From a virus, in the IMG/VR virus record IMGVR_UViG_3300035703_000016, positions 64,001 through 128,000 of that record: 64,000 bases of DNA; one strand, 5' to 3'. A program made the translations under genes and the position numbers. How positions within the stretch are numbered: position 1 is the stretch's first letter; every line of letters starts with the position of its first letter. Under the pieces are notes generated by a model. That model ran no database searches, was not told where the DNA came from, and saw only the letters and a list, made by a program, of their open reading frames with translations. Shown piece by piece: positions 38,860-48,989 of the stretch.

Positions 38860-41800
38860 TTAAGTATGATATACTTTAGAAAAACCAGAACTTTCTTTTG
38901 TAATTTCTATATGATTGTCAACTACATCTCTTATAGTATCAATATGAGAAATCATTATAATAAACTTAAATTGAGTTTTTAAATATTCTAATAATACAGA
39001 AATATTACTCATGTTACTTTGATCAAGAGCTCCAAATCCTTCATCTATTGCTAAAAAATTAGGTCTTGGTAGAGAAGTTATATTTATTAAAGAAGTTCTA
39101 ATTGCAAGAGTCAATATAAATTTTTCCATTCCAGAACTAAGTTCTATTGGCCATTTTCTAGATTCGTCATACTCAATATATGCATTTATATTTTTACCAT
39201 CTGATTCAATTGCTATTTTAAAATCAACTATTTGAGACAACACATTATTTACATCTTCTTGTATTCTTGGAATAATAGATGTAATTATATCATATGGTAA
39301 ACCATCTCTTCCAGTTGCTAAAAGATAATATTCATAATACTTATATTTTTCTTCTATTGATTTTAAATTACTAATACTCTTTTTTGAATTTTCAATTTCA
39401 ATTTCTAATAATTTAATATCTGTATTATATCTTATTATAGAATTTGACACGATAGATAATTTATTTTTCGATTCCTCTATCTCTTTTTGACATTCTAAAA
39501 CTTTATTTAAAATTTCTTGATTTGATTTTATTGCTGTTTCTTTCTTTTTATATTGATTTACTATATCTTCTATTGATTTTATAGATTCGGATGCCTGGTG
39601 TAGCTCCAGGGTTAGCCTATTGACGTTTGATTCTATTTTAAGAATGTCATTCTTTTTTCTAGACAAATTATTTTGTAAAATATCATAATTGTCAACGGTT
39701 TTTTTATATATTTCAATATTTTCTCTTATAAGTTTTAAATTGTCAACTACTGTTTTTGCTTCAATTTTATCATTTTCTATAGAGTCTCTTGTTTGTATTG
39801 CGTCTTTAACAAAAATATTATCCATGCAAAATTCACAATTTTCATCATACTTGAGATTTTCTAATTTTTTCATTTTCTCAAGTTTATTTTTTAAGTCTGC
39901 TTTTAGTTTTTCAACATATAAAGTCATTCTTTTTTCCTCTGCTTGTGTTTCTTGAAGTTGTTTTTTTAAATCTTCTATTTCTAAAAAATCATGTTTTAAA
40001 ATCTCAGATTGAATAGTTTCAGAATCTTTTTTAAGCTCTATTATTATATTTTTATCATTATTCAGATCTATATTTATTTTTTCTATTTTAGAAATGTATA
40101 GTTCTTTTTTTTCTTGTAATCCAGATATGTCTAATATTTTAGAATCTATTTGGAGTATTTTAGAATTTAATTTTATTAATTTATCATTCTGTTTTTCTAT
40201 TTTTGTCTCAATTTCCTTTTTTTCTTTTTCTAATTTTTTGTATTGAGAATGATAGACTTTTATTTTTTCTTCATTCTCTTGCAATTTAGTAAAATGATCA
40301 ACTTTTTTATACTCTTTTATTAATACAGAATATTCTTTTATTTCTTCGCTGGCGGTTAAATATAAATCTTCATATACTTTTATATCTAGAAATTGAGCAA
40401 GTAAATCTTTTCTATCAGATTGACCCATATCAATAAATCCAGTATTATTATTCTGCATCGACATACAAGTTAATATAAAATCCTCATAAGATCCTATTAT
40501 TTCTCTTATTTTTGCATTTGTACTAAATCTATCTTCTCCGTTTAAAGAAACTTTTACATCGTCTTCTCCTATATAGTAAAATTCTACATCTTGTTTTACA
40601 TTTTCTGATTTTGGTCTATAAGAAGCTTTTCTTTCAATTGTATAAGTTTTTCTATCTAATTCAAAATCTAATTTACAACTAAACTCTCTGGACTTATTAT
40701 TCATTACAAGTCCAGCTTTTGAAGTTTTTGAGCATTTATCAAAAAGACAATATACTAGAGCCTCTATACTAGAACTTTTTCCAGACGCATTTTGAGCAAA
40801 AATTCCATATATTCCTCCCATATTTGTAAAATCAATTACGTTTCCCTCTCCATAACTAAACATATTAGAAAATTCAAGTCTTTTTGGACTCCATTGAATA
40901 TTTCTAGTAACTTCTATTTTTGGAAGTTTATTGTTTATTGAAACATTTAATTCGCAAATTTTAGAAATGTCCTCTTTTTGTAAATTGTATTTACTTTTTA
41001 AATATTTTGCAAGTATATCATTCTGATAAGAAATATCTCTAACGTTTATAGCATTTGAATTAGAATGTGAAGTTATTCCAGAAACATCATTCATTATTTG
41101 ATGAGTAATTTCTATTATATTTCTTGTTTTTCTAATCTCAGACGCTATTTCTTTTATTTGAGAAGGAGGAGTATTTTTTGATCTTAATCTTAGATATAAA
41201 TTTTTTGGAAGATTGTCTGGAAGATCTAAATAAATTCCATTTTCTATATAGAGCGTGTAAAATGCTGTATCATTTTTAATTTGAATGTATTCTGCACTTC
41301 TTTTTTCTACATCCCACACAAATATTCCATGATCTAGACCCTCTGAATGACTTTGTTGAATCAATGAACCTGGATACCCAATTGTCTTTTTTTCATTTAA
41401 AAATTGAGTTTTATGAATATCTCCAAGAAGAGTCAAATCAAATCCATCAAAGTCATCTACACTTAAATTATAGCCAGATAAGAAAAACTCCCCCTCTGTA
41501 GATGAATTATTAACAGGACCATGAAAAAAACAAATTTTGTATCCTGATTCTACTTGATTTGCTTTTGTATAAGTTTTTACGTCATCAAATACAGACCAAT
41601 GAACAAAATTAATGTCTCCTATTTTGTAAACTCCACTATCTTTTAAATAAATAATGTTAGTATCCCCCATTGCATTTATAATAGGAGTTAAACTATCCAT
41701 TCTATGATTATTATTTAAATTTGCATCATGATTTCCTGGGATAATTATTGTAGGTAGTATAGATGACATCAACTTAAAAAAATGTTGAGTTTCTTCTACC

Positions 41801-41988
41801 AATTCTGGAGTAATATCTGTTTTAGAGTGCACAATATCTCCTGTGATACAAATTATGCTATCATCTGTTTTAGTCGACTTTATATAATTTGCTACTCTAT
41901 CAAAAACTCTTCTGTATTCTCCATGTCTTTTAAAGTTTCTAATATGAATATCAGATAAATGATATATTTTTTTAATAGCGCTTATCAT
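38860..41988 (-). CDS. fused SbcD/Mre11 nuclease - SbcC/Rad50 ATPase (T4 gp47-gp46-like)
   Basis: SDIH, TGD, PGNHD, LGDIH; Walker A QNASGKSS; CEFC hook; signature SSGME; Walker B IDEGFGALD; ISH. Confidence 0.92.
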   Translation of the reverse strand: MISAIKKIYHLSDIHIRNFKRHGEYRRVFDRVANYIKSTKTDDSIICITGDIVHSKTDITPELVEETQHFFKLMSSILPTIIIPGNHDANLNNNHRMDSLTPIINAMGDTNIIYLKDSGVYKIGDINFVHWSVFDDVKTYTKANQVESGYKICFFHGPVNNSSTEGEFFLSGYNLSVDDFDGFDLTLLGDIHKTQFLNEKKTIGYPGSLIQQSHSEGLDHGIFVWDVEKRSAEYIQIKNDTAFYTLYIENGIYLDLPDNLPKNLYLRLRSKNTPPSQIKEIASEIRKTRNIIEITHQIMNDVSGITSHSNSNAINVRDISYQNDILAKYLKSKYNLQKEDISKICELNVSINNKLPKIEVTRNIQWSPKRLEFSNMFSYGEGNVIDFTNMGGIYGIFAQNASGKSSSIEALVYCLFDKCSKTSKAGLVMNNKSREFSCKLDFELDRKTYTIERKASYRPKSENVKQDVEFYYIGEDDVKVSLNGEDRFSTNAKIREIIGSYEDFILTCMSMQNNNTGFIDMGQSDRKDLLAQFLDIKVYEDLYLTASEEIKEYSVLIKEYKKVDHFTKLQENEEKIKVYHSQYKKLEKEKKEIETKIEKQNDKLIKLNSKILQIDSKILDISGLQEKKELYISKIEKINIDLNNDKNIIIELKKDSETIQSEILKHDFLEIEDLKKQLQETQAEEKRMTLYVEKLKADLKNKLEKMKKLENLKYDENCEFCMDNIFVKDAIQTRDSIENDKIEAKTVVDNLKLIRENIEIYKKTVDNYDILQNNLSRKKNDILKIESNVNRLTLELHQASESIKSIEDIVNQYKKKETAIKSNQEILNKVLECQKEIEESKNKLSIVSNSIIRYNTDIKLLEIEIENSKKSISNLKSIEEKYKYYEYYLLATGRDGLPYDIITSIIPRIQEDVNNVLSQIVDFKIAIESDGKNINAYIEYDESRKWPIELSSGMEKFILTLAIRTSLINITSLPRPNFLAIDEGFGALDQSNMSNISVLLEYLKTQFKFIIMISHIDTIRDVVDNHIEITKESSGFSKVYHT

Positions 41989-42920
41989 AATGATTTTTCA
42001 ATTTTTAATTTTAATAATTTAGATACTGTAATTGGCTGTGAAAATTGCAATTTTTCAATCATTTTTTCAAATCCAATTTTTGAAGGATCTTTATCCTCTA
42101 GCTCAATTAAATAAACTTCTTTTCCGTAATCTAATAATTGTTGAGCATGATCAATTGATTCTTTTATTGCGTCTTCATCTAAAGCTAGATATATTGTTTT
42201 AACTTCTGGCTGTAGTAATTTTATCATTAGAGCTTTAGAAATAGTTTTTCCAAAAAGAGGAATAGCATTTCTTTTTATAGCCATTGCATCAAATATTCCT
42301 TCACATAATATTACTGGAACACTCCAATTTATAAAGTATTCAAATCCAATAATTTCTGATTTAGTACAAGAAGGAGCATCTATTTTTTGAATAGGATTTT
42401 TTTCAAAGGATCTAGCTATAAAATAATTTAATCTACCTCTACTATCATAAGAAGGAATAATTACTTTATTTTTATATCTTCCAGTTGAACAATATCCAAT
42501 ATTATATTTTTGAATATCTGACAATGTAATTTGTCTAGACTTTAAATAAGAAATAGCATGTCTTTTTTCTAAAGAATTGTCATTGTCTTTTGATAAACTT
42601 ATAAACTCCTTTGGAATAATTATAGAGATAATCTCTTTTTCCTCTTCTATTTTTGAAAAATTACTTGGAAAATAATTTCTCATTTCTATAATAGCTTCAT
42701 TTGGTACTTTAATTTTTTTAAATAAAGATACTGGAGATTTTCCACTTGTTTTTGGATGACAAGTAAAGCAATTATAGACTCCAGAAATAACATTTACCAT
42801 TAGTTTTTCATTCTTATGCTGGCATATAGGACAGAAATAAGCATAATCCCCCTTAGCTAATTTTTTACCTTTTCCTAAGTAAACTTCTAATAAACTTTGA
42901 ACAAATTCTGAATTATCCAT
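41985..42920 (-). CDS. DNA primase (Zn finger + TOPRIM)
   Basis: CPIC...CFTC; YFIARS; CEGIFDA; LALDEDA; DPS. ATG 42920 preferred over track start 42947. Confidence 0.85.
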   Translation of the reverse strand: MDNSEFVQSLLEVYLGKGKKLAKGDYAYFCPICQHKNEKLMVNVISGVYNCFTCHPKTSGKSPVSLFKKIKVPNEAIIEMRNYFPSNFSKIEEEKEIISIIIPKEFISLSKDNDNSLEKRHAISYLKSRQITLSDIQKYNIGYCSTGRYKNKVIIPSYDSRGRLNYFIARSFEKNPIQKIDAPSCTKSEIIGFEYFINWSVPVILCEGIFDAMAIKRNAIPLFGKTISKALMIKLLQPEVKTIYLALDEDAIKESIDHAQQLLDYGKEVYLIELEDKDPSKIGFEKMIEKLQFSQPITVSKLLKLKIEKSL

Positions 42921-43110
42921 ATAATTGAATATATTAAAAATCCTCAAAGAAAAAAATTTTAAAAAAAAAGTGTAAAAATATTTTTTTTATTCGGAAATTT
43001 GTTTATATTAGTTCTAGGGGGAGGGGGGAATAGAGATAGAATATTATAATATATAAATAAAATAAAGAAAAAATAAGAATATACTTAGAATATAAGAATA
43101 TTATAGTATT
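42921..43110. other. divergent AT-rich intergenic region at the strand switch, with G5-A-G6 tract (candidate divergent promoters / origin)
   Basis: Genes diverge here; A and T homopolymer runs; GGGGGAGGGGGG at 43017-43028. Confidence 0.4.
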
Positions 43111-43269
43111 ATGTTTAATATAGAAGAATATAAAAGAAGATATTTATCTAATATAGAGCTGGATTTATTATATTCATATTTAGATATTGAATTAGAAAAT
43201 ATGAATGATGAAGAAAAACAGATTTGGTTAAATATTTTAAATAAAATTGATCCAGATAATGAAATATAA
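43111..43269 (+). CDS. small hypothetical protein (52 aa)
   Basis: Manual translation MFNIEEYKRRYLSNIELDLLYSYLDIELENMNDEEKQIWLNILNKIDPDNEI*; overlaps the next ATG. Confidence 0.6.
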   Translation: MFNIEEYKRRYLSNIELDLLYSYLDIELENMNDEEKQIWLNILNKIDPDNEI

Positions 43270-43585
43270 AATAGTTTTAGCTACTCTAAAAGGTTGTAAA
43301 TCTTGTGAATCTTTAAAAAATATTCTATTCCAGAATAATATTAAATTTATTGATGTTCCATGTGAAAATGATCCTGGAATGTGTGATGAACTTGAAAAAT
43401 TAACTAAAAGTTCAAAATATCCAATAGCAATAATAAAAGATTTAACTAAGAACTTAGATTATGTATATTTCACTGGGATTAATTATAATGAATTAGGGAA
43501 AGAAGTAATAATAGATGAAAAATTAAGACTTGTTTCATATTTAACTCCAGATCAATTAGTTTATAAAATAAATTCAATAAAATGA
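43259..43585 (+). CDS. glutaredoxin/thioredoxin-like protein
   Basis: GCKSC (CxxC) near the N-terminus and KYP cis-Pro motif; ATG 43259. Confidence 0.75.
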   Translation: MKYKIVLATLKGCKSCESLKNILFQNNIKFIDVPCENDPGMCDELEKLTKSSKYPIAIIKDLTKNLDYVYFTGINYNELGKEVIIDEKLRLVSYLTPDQLVYKINSIK

Positions 43586-44226
43586 AACAATTAACAGAAC
43601 AAGAATTAATTAGCAATGTAGAAAAATTCTATGATCTAATTAAAAAATATCTTCCAGATAATGAAAGAACAAAAAAATTAATAAAATTCTTTAAAGGAAT
43701 AGAAGTAACGCTGTTAACATCTCCAGCTTCCACTAAAATAGATCATCATAATTGTTTTGTAGGTGGTTATGTTGAACATGTCAATAGAGTAGTCGAAGCT
43801 GCTTTAGTTTTAGATAAAGTATGGGATAGATTTGGTCAAGTAAAGACGCATACTACAGAAGAATTAGTATTTTCTGCTATAGTTCATGATTTAGGAAAAT
43901 TAGGAACAAATGATCAACCGTTTTATATTCCACAAACTTCAGAATGGCATCAAAAAAATCAAGGCAAGTATTTTACTTATAATCCAGAAATTCAACATAT
44001 GAGAATTGCAGATAGAAGTTTATTTTATTTGCAAAGAGCTGGGATAGAAGTTAGTGAAAATGAGTATATTGCTATAAAAACCCATGATGGATTATTCGAA
44101 TCTGGGAATGAAGCATACTTAATAACTCATACTCCAGAATCAAAAATAAAAGGTAATTTACCACATATTTTACATCAAGCAGATTTTATGGCTTCTAATA
44201 TAGAAAATCAAATAAATAGATCATGA
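43582..44226 (+). CDS. HD-domain phosphohydrolase (YhaM-like)
   Basis: PAS...HH....GGYVEH, VHDLGK, THDG and LHQAD motifs. Confidence 0.85.
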   Translation: MKQLTEQELISNVEKFYDLIKKYLPDNERTKKLIKFFKGIEVTLLTSPASTKIDHHNCFVGGYVEHVNRVVEAALVLDKVWDRFGQVKTHTTEELVFSAIVHDLGKLGTNDQPFYIPQTSEWHQKNQGKYFTYNPEIQHMRIADRSLFYLQRAGIEVSENEYIAIKTHDGLFESGNEAYLITHTPESKIKGNLPHILHQADFMASNIENQINRS

Positions 44227-44414
44227 TAGCTAACTGTCAGTGTTGCGGAAAATCATCAGATACACGCCTTGGATTTTGTTTTGATTGTGTAGAATGTGAG
44301 TCTGTTTTAGTTGAGGGACTTGATATGAATGACAATGAAATTGAAAAATATCCTGGCTTGACAAACTCAATGAATAAACTTAAGTATATTTTGAAAAAAT
44401 TTAAAGTTATATAA
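44223..44414 (+). CDS. small Cys-rich (Zn finger) hypothetical protein
   Basis: CQCC...CFDC; ATGA overlap with the upstream gene. Confidence 0.55.
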   Translation: MIANCQCCGKSSDTRLGFCFDCVECESVLVEGLDMNDNEIEKYPGLTNSMNKLKYILKKFKVI

Positions 44415-44415
44415 A

Positions 44416-44688
44416 ATGTTGACAACATTATCTATAATAATTTGGCCAATAGGTATAATATTCTATATCATTTGGAATTTATTTAGTAAAAATGTGAGAC
44501 TAGAAGAAATGCTAAATAAACAAGAGACTTTTGTAAGATCTATTTTAAATTTAGCAGATAATATAGATAAAACAGCTATGAAAATAGATTCCACATTATG
44601 GGTATCTTCTGATCCAGAATTAAAAATGATGTTTGATGATATAAAAGCAATGCAAGAGCATATAAAATCATTTACTAATAAAATATAA
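44416..44688 (+). CDS. single-pass membrane protein with coiled coil
   Basis: N-terminal hydrophobic helix followed by heptads. Confidence 0.55.
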   Translation: MLTTLSIIIWPIGIIFYIIWNLFSKNVRLEEMLNKQETFVRSILNLADNIDKTAMKIDSTLWVSSDPELKMMFDDIKAMQEHIKSFTNKI

Positions 44689-44691
44689 ATA

Positions 44692-45426
44692 ATGACAGAA
44701 GAATCACTATATACCAAAAAAGGGACATTAAGAAAAAGAAAACCAAAAGTCAAAGTAGAATATTTTACTTTAGAAAATCAAAATGCTATTTTAAAATATC
44801 GAACTTTAAAAAATACTTTAGAAAAAGATAAATTATATAATGAAAAAATACACGATGCTTTATATAAGTTAGTCGAAAATATTATACACTCTTTTGGATT
44901 TTACTATACAGAAGTTGATAACTTAGAAGACTTAAAATATGAAGTTATATCATTTCTTCTTCAAAAAATACATCTTTACGACGAATCTAAAGGAAAAGCA
45001 TTTTCTTATTTTGGAACAATAACAAAAAGATATTTAATTTCTTATTGTCAAAAGAACTACAAAAAGATAATAGAAAAACAAGCTCTTCATAGAGTAGATA
45101 ACAATATAAATACTGTAGATAGTCTCATATTAGAAATACCTTCACCAGAATTAGATAGAGCTTCTATAATAGATGAATTAATTGAAAATATAGAAAAAGA
45201 CTTTGTAAGTATTTTTGATAAAGAAGATGAATTAAAAGCAGCAGATGCTATATTAGAAATACTAAAAAGACACGAAAATATAGATATATCCAATAAAAAA
45301 GCTCTATTTGTTTACGTAAAAGAAATAGCGGATGTTAAATCAACCTCCATTTCATCAGCAATAAGTAAATTAAAAGTAATTTATAAGAATATTCTAAATA
45401 GAAGAATTGAAAAAGATGATTTTTAA
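44692..45426 (+). CDS. phage late sigma factor (gp55-like / sigma-70 region 2)
   Basis: KLVENII, DLKYEVI.FL...YD..KGKAFSYFGTITKRYLI, resembling region 2 of gp55-type sigma factors. Confidence 0.7.
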   Translation: MTEESLYTKKGTLRKRKPKVKVEYFTLENQNAILKYRTLKNTLEKDKLYNEKIHDALYKLVENIIHSFGFYYTEVDNLEDLKYEVISFLLQKIHLYDESKGKAFSYFGTITKRYLISYCQKNYKKIIEKQALHRVDNNINTVDSLILEIPSPELDRASIIDELIENIEKDFVSIFDKEDELKAADAILEILKRHENIDISNKKALFVYVKEIADVKSTSISSAISKLKVIYKNILNRRIEKDDF

Positions 45427-45434
45427 TATTTATA
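45426..45434 (+). promoter_or_regulatory. ATATTTATA late-promoter-like motif
   Basis: Upstream of the ATG at 45450, in the sense orientation. Confidence 0.55.
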
Positions 45435-45449
45435 AATAAATCGTATAAA

Positions 45450-45815
45450 ATGGCTATAGACTTAACTCAAGCTGTATTTGAGGGAAAAAATTTAGAAAGT
45501 TTAGTTAAAGAAGTTTATGATAATCATAAAGATCAAGACCAACTTCTAAAAACAGAAATAAAAAGACTTGCATCTATGATAACAAATCCAGGTGATGCGG
45601 TTGTTATAATTCCTATGCTAAAAGGCTTAATGGACAGCAGTTTAAAGAATGATGAAACTATACTAAAGCTAGTAAATATATTCCAGAAAGCAGCCGAAAA
45701 CGTCAAGAAAGATGATTCTGATGATCTGGGTATATTAACGGAAAAAGATGTAGAACAATTATTTGAAGAAATAAATGTGATAAAGACAAGTAAACAACTA
45801 GTAGATGTCAAATAG
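45450..45815 (+). CDS. hypothetical helical protein
   Basis: ORF track; GDA..IIP.LK..MD...KNDE pattern. Confidence 0.55.
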   Translation: MAIDLTQAVFEGKNLESLVKEVYDNHKDQDQLLKTEIKRLASMITNPGDAVVIIPMLKGLMDSSLKNDETILKLVNIFQKAAENVKKDDSDDLGILTEKDVEQLFEEINVIKTSKQLVDVK

Positions 45816-46719
45816 TCTAGGTCAATCAATAGGATCTTCAAAATATAAAAGCAATAACTCTCCTTTTTATATAGGGAGAGTAACTTCTATTGTATTAAAT
45901 CCATATTTAGATAATAGTAAAACACCAAATCCAGATTATAAATCAGCAGCAGATATAGGTAAAATAAGATTTGACAGAATTTATTCTAGTGTTACTAGCA
46001 CTAAAAATTCAAATGAAAATAATTTTGCTTATCCTATATATAGCTTTGTTAAACAATTTCCTTTAATAGGAGAAATAGTCCCTATTTTTTATGGTCCGTC
46101 GGATGGTCTAAATGACAATAAAGATAGTCAGAAATTATATTACATGCCCGCTTTTGCTTTATGGAATGCAATAAACCATAATGCAATGCCGAATATATTA
46201 GAATATAGTCAATTTTTATCAAATTATGCTAAACAACCTAATTACGGAGGTTCATCTGGTATTACTCCAGAGTTACCTAAAGGTTACACATTTTCTGAGA
46301 ATGAAAATGTTAAAAATCTTACCAATTTTGAGGGTGATTCTATATTAGAAGGAAGATTTGGACAATCTATAAGATTTGGTTCTACAGTAACTAAATTTAA
46401 AGGATTTAATCCATGGTCAGATATTGGAGAAAATGGATCTCCTATAGTTATAATAAGAAATGGACAGGGCAGAGTAACTAATCCAATAGATAAATTTTCA
46501 ACTACAGTAGAAGATATAAATTCAGATAATTCTTCAATATATATGACTTCTGGACAAAGAATAGTTATTGACGATTTAAGTAATTTTCCACTAAATTCTT
46601 ATAAAAAAGCAGTAGCTTCTACAGAAATATCTTCTTTGCCTATAGTATTTCAAAAACCATCATCTCAAGATTATTCTTCAGCAAATGATCAAGATAAATA
46701 TTCATTTAATCAAACATGA
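45805..46719 (+). CDS. baseplate hub/spike protein, gp5/VgrG N-terminal OB-fold-like
   Basis: GRVTSIVL, AYP...QFPLIGEIV, EGDSILEGRFGQSIRFGST and SSIYMTS motifs. Confidence 0.65.
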   Translation: MSNSLGQSIGSSKYKSNNSPFYIGRVTSIVLNPYLDNSKTPNPDYKSAADIGKIRFDRIYSSVTSTKNSNENNFAYPIYSFVKQFPLIGEIVPIFYGPSDGLNDNKDSQKLYYMPAFALWNAINHNAMPNILEYSQFLSNYAKQPNYGGSSGITPELPKGYTFSENENVKNLTNFEGDSILEGRFGQSIRFGSTVTKFKGFNPWSDIGENGSPIVIIRNGQGRVTNPIDKFSTTVEDINSDNSSIYMTSGQRIVIDDLSNFPLNSYKKAVASTEISSLPIVFQKPSSQDYSSANDQDKYSFNQT

Positions 46720-47150
46720 TAACTCCAGAATTTCCATATAAAGGCAATCAGATAATATTATCATCAGATAGAGTTACTCTCCATTCAAAAAAGGATGGAG
46801 TTTTTATATTTGGAAAAGCTACCATAGGACTATCATCTGTAGGAACTGTAAATATAGATTCAAAAGAGAAAGTGTTAATAGATTCTCCAAAAATAGAATT
46901 AGGAAGTAGAGCAGAGCAATTTGGTGAACCAGTTCCTTTGGGAAATTCTTTACAGTCAATTCTAATTGAAATGAATCAAGCCTTAAGTTTAATTGCTAAT
47001 TCTATGTCAAAAGCAAATGGAACAAATGATATTAGTACTGCCAGTTCTCTTTCGACTATACAAGTTGCTGGAAGCACTAGTTTAATATCCTTAAAAGATA
47101 TTGAACGTAGACTTCAAAATATTCTATCACAAACTACATTTACTACATAA
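46716..47150 (+). CDS. baseplate spike protein, gp5 C-terminal beta-helix-like
   Basis: GNQIILSSDRV...KIELG...EPVPLGN. Confidence 0.55.
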   Translation: MITPEFPYKGNQIILSSDRVTLHSKKDGVFIFGKATIGLSSVGTVNIDSKEKVLIDSPKIELGSRAEQFGEPVPLGNSLQSILIEMNQALSLIANSMSKANGTNDISTASSLSTIQVAGSTSLISLKDIERRLQNILSQTTFTT

Positions 47151-48973
47151 TGGCTCAAGAAAAACCTATAGCAAATCTATCAGAGCAATTAAATAAAATT
47201 AGAGAATCTTTTAGACAATTAAAAAATGTTTCAAGTTCTCTAGATGAAACTGTAGGAAATAGTAATGCAACTGGGATGGCTGCAGTGTCTAATAATATAT
47301 GGAAATCTATATTATCTTATTTTAGAAAATTTCCTGAAATTTTTTTTGGTAAAAGTTCTTCTAAAAATGGTCAAAAATCTTCAAACTGGGCTGATTATGG
47401 AATTGCGTATTTAACTGCATTATTGGCGTCATTAGACTTATGCTCTATAATAAATACAATAGGAAATTTAACTGAGAATTTAAATGGAGCAAAATTTAAT
47501 CCAAATGAAAATCCGCCTCCAAATGATTTTAAATGGAAGGTTCAAAAAACAGCTTATGAAATTCAAGTATCAATAGATTTATTTAATAGAGCGTATTCTC
47601 TATCAGCTAATCCAGGATTTACGATATCTACATTTATATCTTCAGTTTCTCCAAATATTCAAAGATTAACAAGTCAAGAGTATCTTGGATCTGAAGATAT
47701 GAGAAAAGCTTTCCCTCAAGTAGATCAAATGAATAATTGGATTATTGATACTTTGTCTGATTGGCAAAATAATAATACAATATCTAATACAGATAATAAA
47801 AAAATAAGTAAGAGATTAAAAGCTATATCTTTATTAAGAAGTACATGCATTCTTATTCAAGGATTATCAACCCCAGCAAATTTTTCAAGATATGCTTTAT
47901 CAGCAGTTGACTCATCTACGTATGATACTATTGATAAAATAGGAAAAGATAATTTAGATCCAAAAAAATTAGGAGATACAATAGGAAGCATACAAAGTCT
48001 ACTAATTCCTATAAATAAGAGTGCGTCTTTTATATTAAAATATATACAATATCTACAATTTATAGTTAAAGTTACACTCACTTTAGTAAAAATATTTAGA
48101 ATATTAATAAACTTTTTTATATTATTACCAATACCAAATATGGTTACGACCACTGGAGTAACTACTGGATTATCTAAGAGTGAAAGAAAACTAGATGAAT
48201 ACTTAAAAAACATGATTAAAATACTATCTGAGATAAATTTATTTATTTCAATGATAGTTAGTTTGTTGAGAGGATTAACAGCTGTTATAGATCAGATACT
48301 TTCAGATTTAGAAATTATATTACAAAAATTTAAAAATTGTACCAGAGTAAGCGATAATACAAATACAGCTGAAGCTGACACTATAAGAGGACTTGAAGTT
48401 ATTACTACAGATCTTAAGAATACGAATCAATCTTTAAAGAATTTTATTTCTAATTATGATTCAAAAAAAGACAATAATAATAAGACATACGAAGGATACA
48501 CGATAGAAATTAGAATAGAAGATGTATCAGATCAAAATGTTCTAAAAACAGCTCTTCCTAGAAGATATGGAATAGCTATAGATGGTTCTGGTATACAAGC
48601 TGTAAGGTCTGATTATACATTTGCATCAGACGATAGTGTAATAATAAATCAAGTAAAATTGCTGCTTACATCTAAAGGACTTATAAAACCTCAAGAGCAA
48701 TTATTTACAAATGAACAATTAAAAGTTTTAAATGAAGCTATGGCAGCTATAGAAGATAATTCTATTTCTATGGAAGATATACCTCAACCAGATTCTTTAA
48801 ATGAATATATAGATATGCCAGATAATGAAAACGAAAATGATGGATTAGGATTAAATGCTTTTGTAAATAAATTAAGTGGTGGAAAAAGATTGAGAAAAAG
48901 AATAAAAGAAAATTTAGCTAAAAGCAGAGAAAAATTAAATTCTGATTTAAATTCAGTAAAAAATAATAGATAA
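47150..48973 (+). CDS. large helical protein with hydrophobic segments (baseplate-associated)
   Basis: Between the spike genes and gp25; hydrophobic helices around residues 300-390. Confidence 0.5.
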   Translation: MAQEKPIANLSEQLNKIRESFRQLKNVSSSLDETVGNSNATGMAAVSNNIWKSILSYFRKFPEIFFGKSSSKNGQKSSNWADYGIAYLTALLASLDLCSIINTIGNLTENLNGAKFNPNENPPPNDFKWKVQKTAYEIQVSIDLFNRAYSLSANPGFTISTFISSVSPNIQRLTSQEYLGSEDMRKAFPQVDQMNNWIIDTLSDWQNNNTISNTDNKKISKRLKAISLLRSTCILIQGLSTPANFSRYALSAVDSSTYDTIDKIGKDNLDPKKLGDTIGSIQSLLIPINKSASFILKYIQYLQFIVKVTLTLVKIFRILINFFILLPIPNMVTTTGVTTGLSKSERKLDEYLKNMIKILSEINLFISMIVSLLRGLTAVIDQILSDLEIILQKFKNCTRVSDNTNTAEADTIRGLEVITTDLKNTNQSLKNFISNYDSKKDNNNKTYEGYTIEIRIEDVSDQNVLKTALPRRYGIAIDGSGIQAVRSDYTFASDDSVIINQVKLLLTSKGLIKPQEQLFTNEQLKVLNEAMAAIEDNSISMEDIPQPDSLNEYIDMPDNENENDGLGLNAFVNKLSGGKRLRKRIKENLAKSREKLNSDLNSVKNNR

Positions 48974-48976
48974 AAG

Positions 48977-48985
48977 ATATTTATA
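48977..48985 (+). promoter_or_regulatory. ATATTTATA late-promoter-like motif
   Basis: 4 nt upstream of the ATG at 48990. Confidence 0.55.
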
Positions 48986-48989
48986 GAAT

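Noticed and set aside
44684-44691. Canonical T4 late promoter TATAAATA on the sense strand before the sigma gene
   Set aside because: It overlaps the upstream stop codon and abuts the ATG; the recurrent motif has the opposite orientation, so this is probably chance
47150-48973. Tape measure protein call
   Set aside because: Its position between the spike genes and gp25 and the lack of typical repeats do not support it; the tape measure gene probably lies beyond the left edge, after the chaperone genes
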